A stretch of DNA of 62,911 bases, the filler included, from Octopus bimaculoides (taxonomy: Eukaryota), in NCBI RefSeq assembly GCF_001194135.2. It is 5 parts of 5 records of this genome, joined end to end, with 100 filler letters (N's around TTAATTAATTAA, not from the genome) between each part and the next. Parts side by side here need not be neighbours in the genome. Positions count along the whole stretch, not along the records: positions 1 to 28,092 come from NC_068999.1; 4 more parts are not named here. One strand, 5' to 3'. Both the position numbers and the translations under genes were made by a program. Every line of letters starts with the position of its first letter. The stretch's first letter is position 1. Under the pieces are notes generated by a model that made no database searches, was not told where the DNA came from, and worked only from the letters and a program-made list of their open reading frames with translations. Below are positions 1 to 14,426 of the stretch, one piece after another.

Positions 1-1673
1 ACCACCACCACCACCACCACCACCACCAACACCACCATCCATACCACCACAATCACCACTACAATCTCCCCCATCCCCCCACCACTACCCCCCCCAAGAT
101 GAATATCAACACCAAAACCATCAAATCGTCAACCACACACAACAAGCAATAGCAGCTACAACATCAACAACAACTACTACTACTACTACTACTGGTACTA
201 CTACTAACACCACTACTTTAACCACCACCACTACTATTACTAGTATTAGATTTATTGCTACCATCATCGCCATCACCGCCACCACTTCCACCAACCACAC
301 CTCTACCACCACCGTCATCCCACCACCGCCACCACCACCACCAGCATCACCACCGCCACCAGCATCACCACCGCCACCNNNNNNNNNNNNNNNNNNNNNN
401 NNNNNNNNNNNNNNNNNNNNNNNNNNNNNNNNNNNNNNNNNNNNNNNNNNNNNNNNNNNNNNNNNNNNNNNNNNNNNNNNNNNNNNNNNNNNNNNNNNNN
501 NNNNNNNNNNNNNNNNNNNNNNNNNNNNNNNNNNNNNNNNNNNNNNNNNNNNNNNNNNNNNNNNNNNNNNNNNNNNNNNNNNNNNNNNNNNNNNNNNNNN
601 NNNNNNNNNNNNNNNNNNNNNNNNNNNNNNNNNNNNNNNNNNNNNNNNNNNNNNNNNNNNNNNNNNNNNNNNNNNNNNNNNNNNNNNNNNNNNNNNNNNN
701 NNNNNNNNNNNNNNNNNNNNNNNNNNNNNNNNNNNNNNNNNNNNNNNNNNNNNNNNNNNNNNNNNNNNNNNNNNNNNNNNNNNNNNNNNNNNNNNNNNNN
801 NNNNNNNNNNNNNNNNNNNNNNNNNNNNNNNNNNNNNCATCATCGCCATCACCGCCACCACTTCCACCAACCACACCTCTACCACCACCGTCATCCCACC
901 ACCGCCACCACCACCACAACCACCACCGTCTCCGCTTCCGCCGCCACCACCATCCGAACAACCATTCTAAATGGTTTTACTGCCCAAAAGGCTTTAAGAA
1001 GACGAAACAACGAAACAATGAAAATGCAAAGCTATTGAGAGCGGTTTTGTGCCTGTGATAGCAATGAAATCGTTGAATAGAGAAGAGTTGCAAGGCCTTC
1101 TCTTGGAATACGATGCTTTCAATGTAAATGGGCTCTGGAAAAGACAAGCATACAAAAGAATTGATGTCATTCCCAGTTCTTGGACAATGGATCCAGACTG
1201 GATGTCATTATTGTTGTCTGTAGACTAGATTGATTAATTAACGATTATAATAGCGGCTTTTTAAACAGGACAACTTTCGCCATTTACAAGACGAGTGAGA
1301 CGAAGAAAAATTTTACATATCGATCTCACCCGTTTTTCAACGGGATCTCTAGAGTTTTTAAAAACAGTTAATTAGCCAACTCTTTCTCATTCATTCATAA
1401 ACACACACACACACACACACACTCAAAAACACACGCACACAGGAGTGTATACATACATACATACATATATATACATATACACGCACATAATCGCATGGGC
1501 ACACAATCATACCCCTACACGTAAACTATTATACAGAAAACACATCATTTTCATTATCACGTAAACTTTCTTTTCTTCGTTCTTCCTTTCTTTCGCTTTC
1601 TGTCGTTGTTTCTTCATTCATTAATTGTTTCTTTCTTTCGTTCGTTCTTTCTTTCGTTCTTTCTTTCTTTCTT

Positions 1674-1704
<31 letters not shown>

Positions 1705-2016
1705 ATCTTTCTTTCCTCTTCCAATCTCTGTCCTTTCTATCTCCCGATTCTATCTCTTCCACTTCTCTATATCCTGTCTCCGTCTGCCCGTATCTCTCTC
1801 GCCCTCTTTCTCTCTCTCTTTCTCTCCTCCATCTCTCCTCCATCTCCCTCTTTATGTCTATCTCTCAGTCTCTCTCTCCCTCTCCCCTCCCTCTCCCTTC
1901 TCTCTTCCCTGTCATAATCATAGATTCACCTTTAAGTTTGAAAACCTGTCTTCGAACAATTTAAACTAAACACATTTCTATGAACTCTCTCCCCCCCCTC
2001 TCTCTCTCTCTCTCTA

Positions 2017-2049
<33 letters not shown>

Positions 2050-2310
2050 ATACGCGCGCATAACACACACCATGTACGCACACACACACACACACACATA
2101 CACTCACAGCATGCACGCACACAATCGCATGCGCTCACAACCATATGTACACACAAACTATAACACATTATAACACACACGCACACATTTTCATCATCCC
2201 ATAAACATCCCTGTCTTTCTTTCTCCACTCTCATTCTCTTTTCTCTTTGTTTATCTGTCTCTCTTTTCTGCCTCCCCATTTCTTTCTTTCTCTCTCTTTC
2301 TTTCTTTCTC

Positions 2311-2354
<44 letters not shown>

Positions 2355-4842
2355 GTTCTCGTAGTCAGATTCACCTCTCTCAATTTTTAAAATCAACCTT
2401 CGATCTATTTAAGCTAAACATGTACATTCCAATAAAATCACACGCGCACACACATGCACACAATGCACAATGCACACAAACACACATACGCGCAGACACA
2501 AACACACACACACACATACACATAAACATTCACAACACACACACACGCACACAGACAATCTCATATGTTATATATTTCTGTTTACCTTTGCCAAGTTTTC
2601 TATTACAATATCCTCTGTGTCTTTACAGCTTTTTATAGACGCACACTCACACACACGCACACACACACACACATAGAGCTACGCACACGCGCATTCTCAT
2701 TATCATAATCCTCCATTACTCTCATTTCCATAGTCACAGATTAAACTTACTCAATTTTGAAAATCTTAGAATAATTTCACACGATTTGAACTAAACCTAA
2801 ACGCTTTAAGTGCGGGCATGGCTGTATGCTTCAGAAGCACGGTTTGGAACAATGTGGTTACGCGTTCAGTCCCACTGCGTGGCAGCCTGAGCAAGTCTCT
2901 TTTACTATAGTCCAGGGTCGACCAATCTCTTGTGAGTGATCTAGTTACACGAAAACTCTGGGAACACACAGGACGATTTTCTAGTTATATATATATATAT
3001 ATATATATGAGGAATCCCAGCAGCTCTTACTTCTTTGTGAAGGAGCTCTCATTTATTTTGAAACATGTGTAGGAATTAAAGGAACTTTTATTTGTATGCG
3101 TTTTGCTCCATTTATTATTATTATTCATATATATATATATATATAAATAAGTATATATAATAATAAATAGTATATATATACGTATATATNNNNNNNNNNN
3201 NNNNNNNNNNNNNNNNNNNNNNNNNNNNNNNNNNNNNNNNNNNNNNNNNNNNNNNNNNNNNNNNNNNNNNNNNNNNNNNNNNNNTATATATATATATATG
3301 ACGGGTTCTCTCATTTCCCCTCTACCAAATCCGCTGACAAGGTTTTGGCTGACGTGAGGCAACAATAGAAGACACTTGTCCAAGGTGGCACGCAGTGGGA
3401 ATGAACGCAGAACCATGTGGCTAGGAAGCAAATTTCTTACCCCACAGCTATGCCTGCGCCTACACATACCACAGCTGCATATACATGTAAAGGTGTATGG
3501 TTAACGGCGACAGACGATACTAGTTTCCTTGTAATCCTACTTTGCTCCGACGCTAAATGTATTTCATTTTCAGGACCTTGATATCGTTCTTGTTGGGTCC
3601 CCCTAAAATATGGAAGTGGAATATCAAACGGAACTGGGTTATTGATGAGGGTCTTTAGGACCCTACAGCCTCCCTCTCAAGCAGCAATCCTTTGTCGCAG
3701 TTCCTTCATTTCACACGCACGCTATTCTACTGATCCACTAACGCTCTGAGGATACATCATGGCTGCCAAAGGAATACTAGGAAATCACCTTCTTCATAAA
3801 CAATAGTTATCACCAATTTTTTATCTATGGACCCCATTGATTCTTATTTTGCTTGGGTGGGTCTTCAACCAATTGGTGTTTAAAATCCCTGTTATATATT
3901 TGTAATTAATATTATTAAAAAGAATTCCGTTCGGTCATGATTAACCATGGGTTTGCACCTAGAAAGTTACCTTCCGAGGCACAAGTCCGGGCAAGGTTGT
4001 TTATGGAAGACCAGCAGTCGCCGATACATACCAGCCTTCCTTCTTCGCGCCACCGAATAGCAAAGGCCGATACAGCTTAGAACCAGTGACATCACAACTC
4101 ATTTCTACAGCTGAGGGAACTGCACCAACATGAAATATAGTGTCATTTAATGTAGTGGTCACAGATTTTAAAAACGAAAATCTTATATGAACAGCCAAAG
4201 ATCATAACCCTCACGTCATTTGTTTTATTTTCCCATCTTAAAAGTTAAACTGCGTCTCCGACTCAGATGGAAGTAGAATTGCATCTCCGGTTCAGCTGGA
4301 AATAATGCCTCAGGAATTTGGTGTCGAGGATGTCACGAGGAACTATAAAAGTTTCTCAAGCTCTTCTCTAAGAATTTTTAACGCCAGCCACCTGTTTTAG
4401 TCAAACAAGTTTTCCACGAACATGAAGGAACTGCGAATAAAGAATTCCAGAGACTTTCGCTTTCCTGCTCCTTTTTTGCCTGCTTTTTCTCCCTCCTCAT
4501 ATGCATAAAATCTCAATTTTTACCTCCTCCAAGAAAGACTGAATAATTTCCTTGCGGCTGCTTTGAATCTTTTATGTCAGGAACTCGTCATTAATCATCT
4601 GGCACCGGTTTTTCCATTTTTTCTTTGGGTTCGCCAAAGCCTTTTTAAATTCAGATTAACGCATTTCGCTGACAATAGAGTTAAATGCGTTTAAGTTTTT
4701 CTGTAGCAGCCCATAAAGATGCTTATCCAGAAATGCTCAGGCCTGGCTATTGTGTGATCCGAGCCATTATAGTTCCATGTTTATAAGCACAGGCATGGGT
4801 CTGTGGGTGAGAGGATCGCTTTGCAACCACTTAGTTGCAGGT

Positions 4843-4933
4843 TCAATTCCACTGACAAACACCTTGGGCAAGCGTCATCAACTACTCCTAAAAGCTGAGT
4901 GAATTTGGTAGACAGAAACTGTAGAAACTCGTC

Positions 4934-4968
<35 letters not shown>

Positions 4969-5235
4969 CATGCGCGCGTGTGTGTATGCAAGCGTGTATG
5001 TGCATCAATGTGTGCATCTATGTGTGTATCTATGTGTATGTCTATGTGTGTGTCTTCGAGCTTCTGTTTATTCCCCGCAACCGTATGTCAAAAGGTATTG
5101 ATTTGTTTATATCCCGAAACTTTGCGGTTCGGCAAAAGGGACGATAGAAAAAATACCAGAGGTAAATAAAAAACAACAAACTAAGTTCTGGAGTCGATTC
5201 GATCGAGTAATCCAATGACTGAAACAAGAAAATGA
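4843..5235 (+). mobile_element. Diverged copy of the CORE-like SINE. Other partial copies at about 2810-2990(+), 3300-3440(-), 8850-9065(+), 19250-19460(+), 25620-25710(+), 37760-37830(-), 39850-40065(+), 44290-44400(+), 46300-46490(-), 58385-58470(-)
   Basis: Shared motifs CCTTGGGCAAG, TTTGGTAGAC.GAAAC, GGTTCGGCAAAAG and GCGGTGCTCCAGCATGGC. Confidence 0.75.
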
Positions 5236-6481
5236 TAAACGACAATGACAAGAGCTTGGAGGGTGCCTAAATAGCTAATAAGTTACTGATCTCTTTGAGA
5301 AGTGCTTTTCTTGCTTCAAATTTTGCAAATCCATTAATGGGTTTAAGAAGCACAGGTTTCTTCCACAAAATAGCCTTTCAGAATTACATGCGTTGGTCGT
5401 AGCGTAAAGCGCTATCGTAGAAAACAAGTTAGTCAGAAAATGTATGCTCTCTTATTAGAAGGATTTACTGAAAGCGTTTTAATTTTTTTCTTGTATTTAC
5501 TCATGTAAACATTTTATATCGTTTTGCTGAATGTTGCCACACCTTTCGGATGTCGTAAAATTGCGAATAAATCACCCTTATTATTTATAATATTCACTTT
5601 TACCGTTTAGGAAATCAGAGTTTGATTTCTACGATAATTTTATACGGTAAAAGAAACCTGTCCATGTGTTTACACCTGCTAAAAATTTCAGATCTGGAAT
5701 TAAGTAGTTTGGTGGAATTGCTGGATCTCAGGGGAATATGAAATCTTTCTGCTACGCATAAGTTACATTATTTAGACCCATTACCATATGGCTTAGATTT
5801 CTAGACTATTCGTCACTTAATTGTATATGGCGTGGAACTGTTCTTCAAATTCCGTACGTGGCTAGCCGATTTAGTTGCATCACTTTTAATAGATGTGCCG
5901 GAAAAAAGATAGGTGGTTTGTATGACGTCTCTTGAATTCGCCCTCACATAACGATAAACCTCTTTTGAATTGATTTATCGCGAAGCGTAGCTGTAACTGC
6001 AGCCTTGTATATGACAGAGTTTATCATACACACCTGGTCAAATGGGCAAACGTCAGGGTCTCAACAGTTACAAGTTAGAGTGGCTTCTTGGTGATTTTTA
6101 CGAGATATAATGTTCATATTGGGGCAACGGTTATATGATATCTTAATTCAACGTCTGATAAAGATTTTCCTATTTTTATGATTTATTGAAAATTCTATTT
6201 TAAAAGAAACAAATTTTTTGCCTACGTTAGTCTTAAAGTTTTCTTTAAATTTTATTTTTTCACTGTCCAGCGTCTTTGTTTCTAAAAGATATATATAATA
6301 AATAAACAGAGCCTGAAGCCTTCGAAAAGATGCATGGCGTATTTGAAAAATATGCTTGTTCAAGTATCAGAAAAGCATAAAGCTATTAGTAGCTCTTTCT
6401 GTTGTATATTAAACTGATACACATACACAAACACACAAACACGTACACACACACAAGCCCAAACACATATACATGTATATC

Positions 6482-6524
<43 letters not shown>

Positions 6525-6897
6525 ACATATATATATATATATACATACATTTTTATATATACATATATATATACATACACATACATACGCACACACACGC
6601 ACACACACGCACACACTCTCGAACATGAACACATACACATATGTACTCGATCCAGTCATTGTGTTTTAGTCGATTATATATATTGGCACTGACAATTATT
6701 TCACTCTGGTAATTATACGACCGTTTTCTCCTTATCGAACTGCTATGTTACGAAACACAAATGAACAGAATTTCATAATTATTGAATCTTTGTAAACACA
6801 AACACAGACACATGCGGACACTCACAACGTGCATGCAGACGTCCCTACAAAAATATATGGAAGCATGTACACATCCATCAATCTATCTATCTATCTG

Positions 6898-6977
<80 letters not shown>

Positions 6978-6979
6978 CC

Positions 6980-7065
<86 letters not shown>

Positions 7066-7493
7066 CCCTTCATAACCCTTCATNNNNNNNNNNNNNNNNN
7101 NNNNNNNNNNNNNNNNNNNNNNNNNNNNNNNNNNNNNNNNNNNNNNNNNNNNNNNNNNNNNNNNNNNNNNNNNNNNNNNNNNNNNNNNNNNNNNNNNNNN
7201 NNNNNNNNNNNNNNNNNNNNNNNNNNNNNNNNNNNNNNNNNNNNNNNNNNNNNNNNNNNNNNNNNNNNNNNNNNNNNNNNNNNNNNNNNNNNNNNNNNNN
7301 NNNNNNNNNNNNNNNNNNNNNNNNNNNNNNNNNNNNNNNNNNNNNNNNNNNNNNNNNNNNNNNNNNNNNNNNNNNNNNNNNNNNNNNNNNNNNNNNNNNN
7401 NNNNNNNNNNNNNNNNNNNNNNNNNNNNNNNNNNNNNNNNNNNNNNNNNNNNNNNNNNNNNNNNNNNNNNNNNAACAACACACATGAAAAACA

Positions 7494-7529
7494 ATGAAAG
7501 TAATAATAACGACATCAATATCAACAACA

Positions 7530-7561
<32 letters not shown>

Positions 7562-7602
7562 CATAATAATAATAATAACAATAATAATAATAATGATAAT
7601 AA

Positions 7603-7664
<62 letters not shown>

Positions 7665-8600
7665 GCAGTGGTATCTAACATATCCAAAAACAAAGTTAAA
7701 AGAAAAATGTCTGCCAACGCGAAATATAGAGAAAAAAAAATGATTTGCTAAAACGCAAAGAAATAAACTCACCCACTCCACTGCAACCCACAATCCACAA
7801 ATAAAAAAAACAAACAAACAAACAAAAAAACACACGAGTCAGTAAACCAAAAATATAATAATGAATAAATAAAAATAATAAAAATATATATAAATAAATA
7901 AATGCCACAACAACAAACAGCATCCAAATAAACAACAAAAAAAAAAAGAAAAGAAAAGAAAAGAAAGAGTGGAAACAAACAAATTATAACTACAAATACA
8001 AAACTATAGAAATAAATACAACTCTATCGTTTATAACTTTTGAAATTTCTGTCTAATGATCTATTGAGAAACGATTCTGAATGGGCAGAATCCACTAATT
8101 GTGCATTCTTTGAAAAAAGTCAAGTTTTCTGCTTGCCTTGTCAACAGTATAAAAATGTTTGGTTCTGTGTTTACCAATGAATATTAGTAGTCTATTGCTT
8201 CCTCCGTTTAGGTGGTGGTGGTGGGTAATAAATAGCGGTAGGAGAGCTTGGTGGTTGGTTGGTTGGCGGTTTTGGTGCTTGGTGAGCGTTTGTGTACGTG
8301 TGTATGTGTTTTTTTCTGTATTATTTGTATTTCGTATTTTTATTGCTGTTTAATCTGTGTGTGTGTGTGTGTGTATTTCGGTGTGTGTGTGTGGATGACT
8401 ATATGGAGGTCTATGTGTGTGTGTTTATGTGCGTTTGTGTGAGCGTTAGTTTTCGTTTTTTGTTTTTTTTTATATTTCGTGCTTTTGTATGGGAGGTGAA
8501 GTTGGAGCGAGTTAAAAACCGGGTGTATACGTATACATTTCTTTATATAATAATAACGATAATGTTAATAACAATAATAAACAATAATTACTATACGACA

Positions 8601-8657
<57 letters not shown>

Positions 8658-8810
8658 ATAGTAATAATATATATATATATATATATNNNNNNNNNNNNNN
8701 NNNNNNNNNNNNNNNNNNNNNNNNNNNNNNNNNNNNNNNNNNNNNNNNNNNNNNNNNNNNNNNNNNNNNNNNNNNNNNNNNNNNNNNNNNNNNNNNNNNN
8801 NNNNNNNNNN

Positions 8811-8859
<49 letters not shown>

Positions 8860-9468
8860 TTGTGTTTGTGTCTGTGTTTACGTCCCCCCAACATCGCTTG
8901 ATAACCGATGCTGGTGTGTTTACGTCCCTGTAACTTAGTGGTTCGGCAAAAGAGACCTATAGAATTAGTACCAGGCTTAAAAGAGTAAGTCTAGGGGTCG
9001 ATTCCTTCGACTAAAATGCGGTGCTCCAGCATGGCCATAATCAAAATGAGTGAAAAAAGGAAAAGAATAAAAGAATATGCTGGAAGAATTTGTTACTTAT
9101 TCCTTGAAGACGTCCATATTGTTCATATTCGTTCATCAAACGAATAAATCCCTTTTTAATTTCGTTCAATTCTTTCTCTAGTTCATTCCTTCTTTCCTTT
9201 TTTCTATTTATTTTCTTTCTTTCCTTTTTTGTTTCATTTTTGTCTTCTTTTTTCGCTTCTTCCATTTATTGTTTCTTTAATTTTTTCATTCCTTTTCCTT
9301 TATTTTCTTCATTTTTTGTTAATTCTTTCTTTCCTTCAGTTAATTAATGTATGCATGTATACGTCTGTCTGTCTATCCCCCTTCATTCTTTCTTTCTTTC
9401 ATTCTTTCTTTCTCTCTTTATGTATTTATGTATTTCATTCATTTTTTCTTTCTTTGACTTTCACTTTT

Positions 9469-9512
<44 letters not shown>

Positions 9513-10555
9513 TCATTCTTTCTTCCCTCCTCTCTTTCGGTTTTCGTTCTTTCTTTCTTCTGTTGTTTCTCTTTCCTTTCTTTCTTACTTCCTTCTTTTC
9601 TCTCTTCATTCATCTCCCTCTATTTGTTTCTTTCTGTTTATATTTCTTCGTTCATTTCTTTCTTTGTTGATTTCATTCATTCATTCCTCTTCTCTTTCTT
9701 CCTTTATTCCCCACTTCCTCTACTATGTACCGCTACTCAGCTTCCTCCTACCACTCACTCCCTGATATTATCTGTGTTCACTTACCAAAACGGAGAATTT
9801 ATATTTTCCTTCATTTTCATTTTTTTTTAAATGTTTTTCTAGTTAATCTTTTGTTCTTCGATAATTTCATCAATTGTAAAGTCACCACCACCACCACCAC
9901 CACCACCACCATCATCGTCACCATCATCATCATCATAATCATCATCGTCATCATCGTCGTCATCGTCATCGTCGTCGTCGTGGTAATTAGTGCCTCATTC
10001 GGAAGTTACTTTGTCCAGTTCACTGTTATAAAGTCACCACCGCCACCACCACCACCACCNNNNNNNNNNNNNNNNNNNNNNNNNNNNNNNNNNNNNNNNN
10101 NNNNNNNNNNNNNNNNNNNNNNNNNNNNNNNNNNNNNNNNNNNNNNNNNNNNNNNNNNNNNNNNNNNNNNNNNNNNNNNNNNNNNNNNNNNNNNNNNNNN
10201 NNNNACTACCACCACCACCACCACCACCATCACCATCACCGACACCACCACCACCACCACCACCACCATCATCATCATCCTCGTCATCATCATCATCTGC
10301 AGCCAAGTGGCATTGGTCGACCTTATCGAATGCTTTTGATGGATCTAAATTGATCGGAGCCCTACCGATGCCGGATTTACTGCACATTCCGTCAATAACG
10401 TAACACATAAGGTGGAGGTTGTCGTAGATGAATCTGTTCGGGATCGCACACGTCTGAGCTTCTCCAACCAAACCGTTAAGAGAAAGCGCCAAACTCTTGT
10501 ACCCAAACACTTGTACCCACGTGTCACTTTGATGGCATGCACTGCTCTCTCACTC

Positions 10556-10652
<97 letters not shown>

Positions 10653-10932
10653 ATAATAATAATAGTAATAGTAATATCATTAATAATAATAAAGATGATG
10701 TTATATTTATTAGTAATTAAAAGAACTTATTGAATGAAAAGCAAATCATTTTTTGTGATTATTGATTATCTTATCTTATTGTTATTGTTCTTATTGATCC
10801 TGTTGCTGCTGTCACTGTCACAGCAATATCGCCATCCTAGTCTTATCCTCCTCCTCCTCCTCTTTCTCCTCTTCCTCCTCTTCCTCTTCCTCCTCCTCCT
10901 CCTCTTTCTCCTCTTCCTCCTCCTCCTCCTCT

Positions 10933-10964
<32 letters not shown>

Positions 10965-11868
10965 CTCCTCCTCCTCCCCTCCTCCTCCACGCCCCCTCAT
11001 ACTTATAACGCTCTCATTATCATCAACCTCACCATCACCATTAACTTCATCTTCATCATCACGAACAACATCCACGTCGTCCTCCTCCCCATCGTCATCA
11101 TCATTAACATCATCATCATCACCACCATCACCGCCACCACGAATCCCCCAACCCCTATCCTTCCCACTCTCATCATCATCATCATCAACAACATCATCAT
11201 CCTCAATACATCATCATCACCCTCACAACCCTGCCACCAGCACCACCAGCACCACCACCACCACCACCGTCGTTGTCATCTTCATTAATTATTATTGCAC
11301 TTTCTTGCTCTTGCTTTTTAATTGTCGACGCTATTATATGGCATTGTGTATTTGGTTGTTGTTGTTGTTGTTGTTGTTATCCCTATTGCTGCACTTGTTG
11401 CTACTGTGGCTGCCGTTATCATTGTTGTTATTGCTGGTGTAGCTGTTGTTGTTGTTGTTGTTGTTGCTGTTGTGTTTGGTGTGGTCTTTCATTCTGCTAC
11501 CAGTTATCAGAATGTTCAGCCGACTGAGAATGTTGGCATCCGACAAAACTCGTTCATGCAAACATTGCATTCTTATGGGAGAGTGGGAGACGGACAAAAA
11601 AAAAAGAATTATTATTATCTTTATTATCATTATTATTATTATTAATAATAATAATAGTATTAGTAATAGTAATAATAATAATCATAATAATTATAATGAC
11701 AATAATAATGATAATATTATTATTGTTAATAATAATAATAAATAAGGATAAATAATAATAACAACAATAATAGGTAATAGTATTGATAATAACTGATAAA
11801 AAATAATAATGATAATGACAGTAGCAATGATAACAAGCAATAATAATAATGATGATCATAATAATAAT

Positions 11869-11939
<71 letters not shown>

Positions 11940-11967
11940 TAATGATAATAATAACAACAACAATAAC

Positions 11968-12042
<75 letters not shown>

Positions 12043-12569
12043 GATAATAATAATGGTAGTACCAGTAATGGGCAAAGGGGTAGGAAAGACGAAATAGAAG
12101 AAAGTATTTGGAAAATACTGAGAGCCCGATCACCGTCACTACCCCTACGACCATCACGACGACCACAAAAGAAAAATATTCAATTCTCTACATGAAAGGA
12201 AAAAAAAAAAGAAAATGAAAAGAAATATTTTTTTAAGAAATTCGTTTAAGTAATCGGAGTAAAGTGAAAATAAAAATTAGAATATAATATGATATAAATA
12301 ATAAATATATAGGAAACGATAAGGTTCTTAATCCATCTAGAATATTCTCGAAGATGTAGAGGGAAATATATAAGAAAGCAAAGAAAAAAAATATAAGAAA
12401 GAAAGATGAAATGATAACTGTTCGAAATTAAGAAAGAAAACGAAAATCCGGAATGAAAATCAAACCATAAATGTAATATAATTATTTAGTTTGTTTTCTG
12501 AAATAAAGACAAAGAAAGTAAAATAATTAGCGAAATAAATAAATAAATAAATAAATAAACAAATAAATA

Positions 12570-12652
<83 letters not shown>

Positions 12653-12672
12653 TAACGATTATGATGATAATG

Positions 12673-12736
<64 letters not shown>

Positions 12737-12751
12737 TAATAATAAATAATA

Positions 12752-12795
<44 letters not shown>
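7494..12795. repeat. Field of compound trinucleotide microsatellites: (TAA)n, (CAT)n, (CAC)n, (TAG)n, (CTC/CTT)n, (GTT)n
   Basis: Directly visible; explains the poly-N/I/Y/L/E ORFs. Confidence 0.95.
10295..10555 (-). mobile_element. L1/Tx1-like LINE RT fragment
   Basis: LVGEAQTCAIPNRFIYDNLHLM...INLDPSKAFDKVD (RT domains 2-3). Confidence 0.8.
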
Positions 12796-12809
12796 GCATT
12801 TCAAATTTT

Positions 12810-12922
12810 GGCGCGAGGCCAGCAATTTTGGTGGAGAGGAAAGTCTATTACATCAGCCCCAGTATTCAGCTGGTACTTATTTTATCGACCCCGGAAGGAG
12901 AAAGGTAAAGTCGACCTCGGCT
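12810..12922 (-). mobile_element. Nin-domain-like SINE fragment; relatives at about 17125-17270(-), 24020-24207(-), 27395-27615(+)
   Basis: GCCGAGGTCGACTTTACCTTTCTCCTTCCGGGGTCGATAAAATAAGTACCAG resembles the Nin central domain as recalled; not searched. Confidence 0.6.
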
Positions 12923-12959
12923 TGATTTTTATTTACATTTTTATTTACTTTCTTTAATT

Positions 12960-14300
12960 ATATTCAGCATTGAGAAATAATTTCTTGAATTTCACTGATT
13001 TGATCACTTGTAGCTGCAATGCCTAGGTCTTGAGTTCTGTATACATTCAAGGTCCCAATCTTGTTAATTATGTGTTTTGGAATATCAAAGTTTTTGCAAA
13101 ATTTTCCATATCTTTTCAGGCCATATTTTATAGACAGTATTGATCTAAACATAGGAAGATGCATTTTAGTTTTCAATTTTGATTTGATTACACCCATACT
13201 ACTGAACAACCATTCAACTTCTGCATTTGAGTTTGGCAATGTCTATAGATTAATGGCAAAATTTGCAACATCTCTATAAGGATTTCCTCCAGTAGCATCT
13301 TTATATTCCAAGACTTCCAGCCAGAATGCCTCAGCATCAGACGTATTTGTTCATTTAACTGAATTTCAATTGAAGCAATTTTTTCTTCATTTAAATGCAT
13401 TGCTTCTAAGACAGGTAAAATTGGCTCTTAGAAATGTTGCAAAATATTCCCTATTGAAAAACATTTAATATTCCTCAGTATATTAATATTTTCTGGCACA
13501 CGGTGCTTGAGCTCTTTATAAAGGCAGAGTAAAAATTGTGCTGTTTTGCGAATATTATTTTCTTCGGTGGCTGTTACAGTCTTCTTGATAATTATTTCTG
13601 CAATCTTTCTCTCGAACCTGTAACCTAAATTTGGTTTAGGATCCCAAAATGTTTCAGTAGAAGCATCCGGATCAAAAGGATCAATTCTACATGTTAGCAA
13701 CACTATCATATTAGCAACAGATATGCTCCTATTTGAAAGATCTTCAATTAGTTTTGTTTTGTCGACAGTGCTTGATTCAAACAGTTTATTCACTTCCTGA
13801 ACATGTTTTAAAATTGGATGCAAAAATAAAAGGTCAAGTTCATTCCTAGAATCACAAAACATTTCATGTAACGTTTGTGCTGTAAAGCATTTTTCTTTTG
13901 TAGTTGTAGTTTGCAAGTGAGTTTGCAATTCAAACCATTGGCTTAAAATTCTATTTATCGCTGGTTCTATTGACAACCACCTAGTTGTACAAGAATTTAC
14001 AAGTTTCAGAAGCTCTTTATCATTGATGGCAAGGTAAAGTTGTTTGTAGGCACTTTGTCTTGTTGAAGAATGAGAGAACTATTTATAGGTTTCGGATACA
14101 AAAAATTCTAAATTTATGGGCAGGAATTCAGCACAAGTGTGGGATACAGCAAACTGTAAAGAATGACATACACATCTAAATAGAAGTAATGATGAAACTT
14201 CTTTTAGTTTCTGGAAAACACCATTGTTGACTCTTGTCATTGCTCTAGCATTGTCGGTTCCTATACCCAGTAAATTTTTTATATCTAATTTCTTTTTTGC
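12960..14300 (-). mobile_element. hAT-superfamily transposase pseudogene
   Basis: Frameshifted ORFs carry GIGTDNA, RCVCHSLQ, TRWLSIEPAINRIL and the hATC-like SNAEVEWLFSSMGVIKSKLK. No TIRs recognised. Confidence 0.85.
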
Positions 14301-14302
14301 TA

Positions 14303-14426
14303 ATTCGTAGGCTCGATACGTACAAGTTTTTCTGACTTTTCCGAGCGTTAAATTAACACACCTGCTTGTCTGCTTGTTGTTCATACACCTGTCTTCGTCT
14401 TTTGTTTTTCTGTAAATTTCAACTAT
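14303..14426 (+). mobile_element. Short Penelope terminal-repeat fragment (same family as 19100-19222) abutting the hAT relic
   Basis: CGTAGGCTCGATACGTA...TACACCTGTCTTCGTCTTTTGTTTTTCTGTAAATTTCAA aligns by eye with 19105-19220. Confidence 0.75.

Noticed and set aside
266-915. ~75-bp direct repeat on both sides of the first gap
   Set aside because: Most simply overlapping contig ends or a collapsed tandem repeat; cannot be resolved here.
3642-3668. TTGATGA followed by the hairpin GGGTC/GACCC
   Set aside because: No GAAA or cleavage triplet follows.
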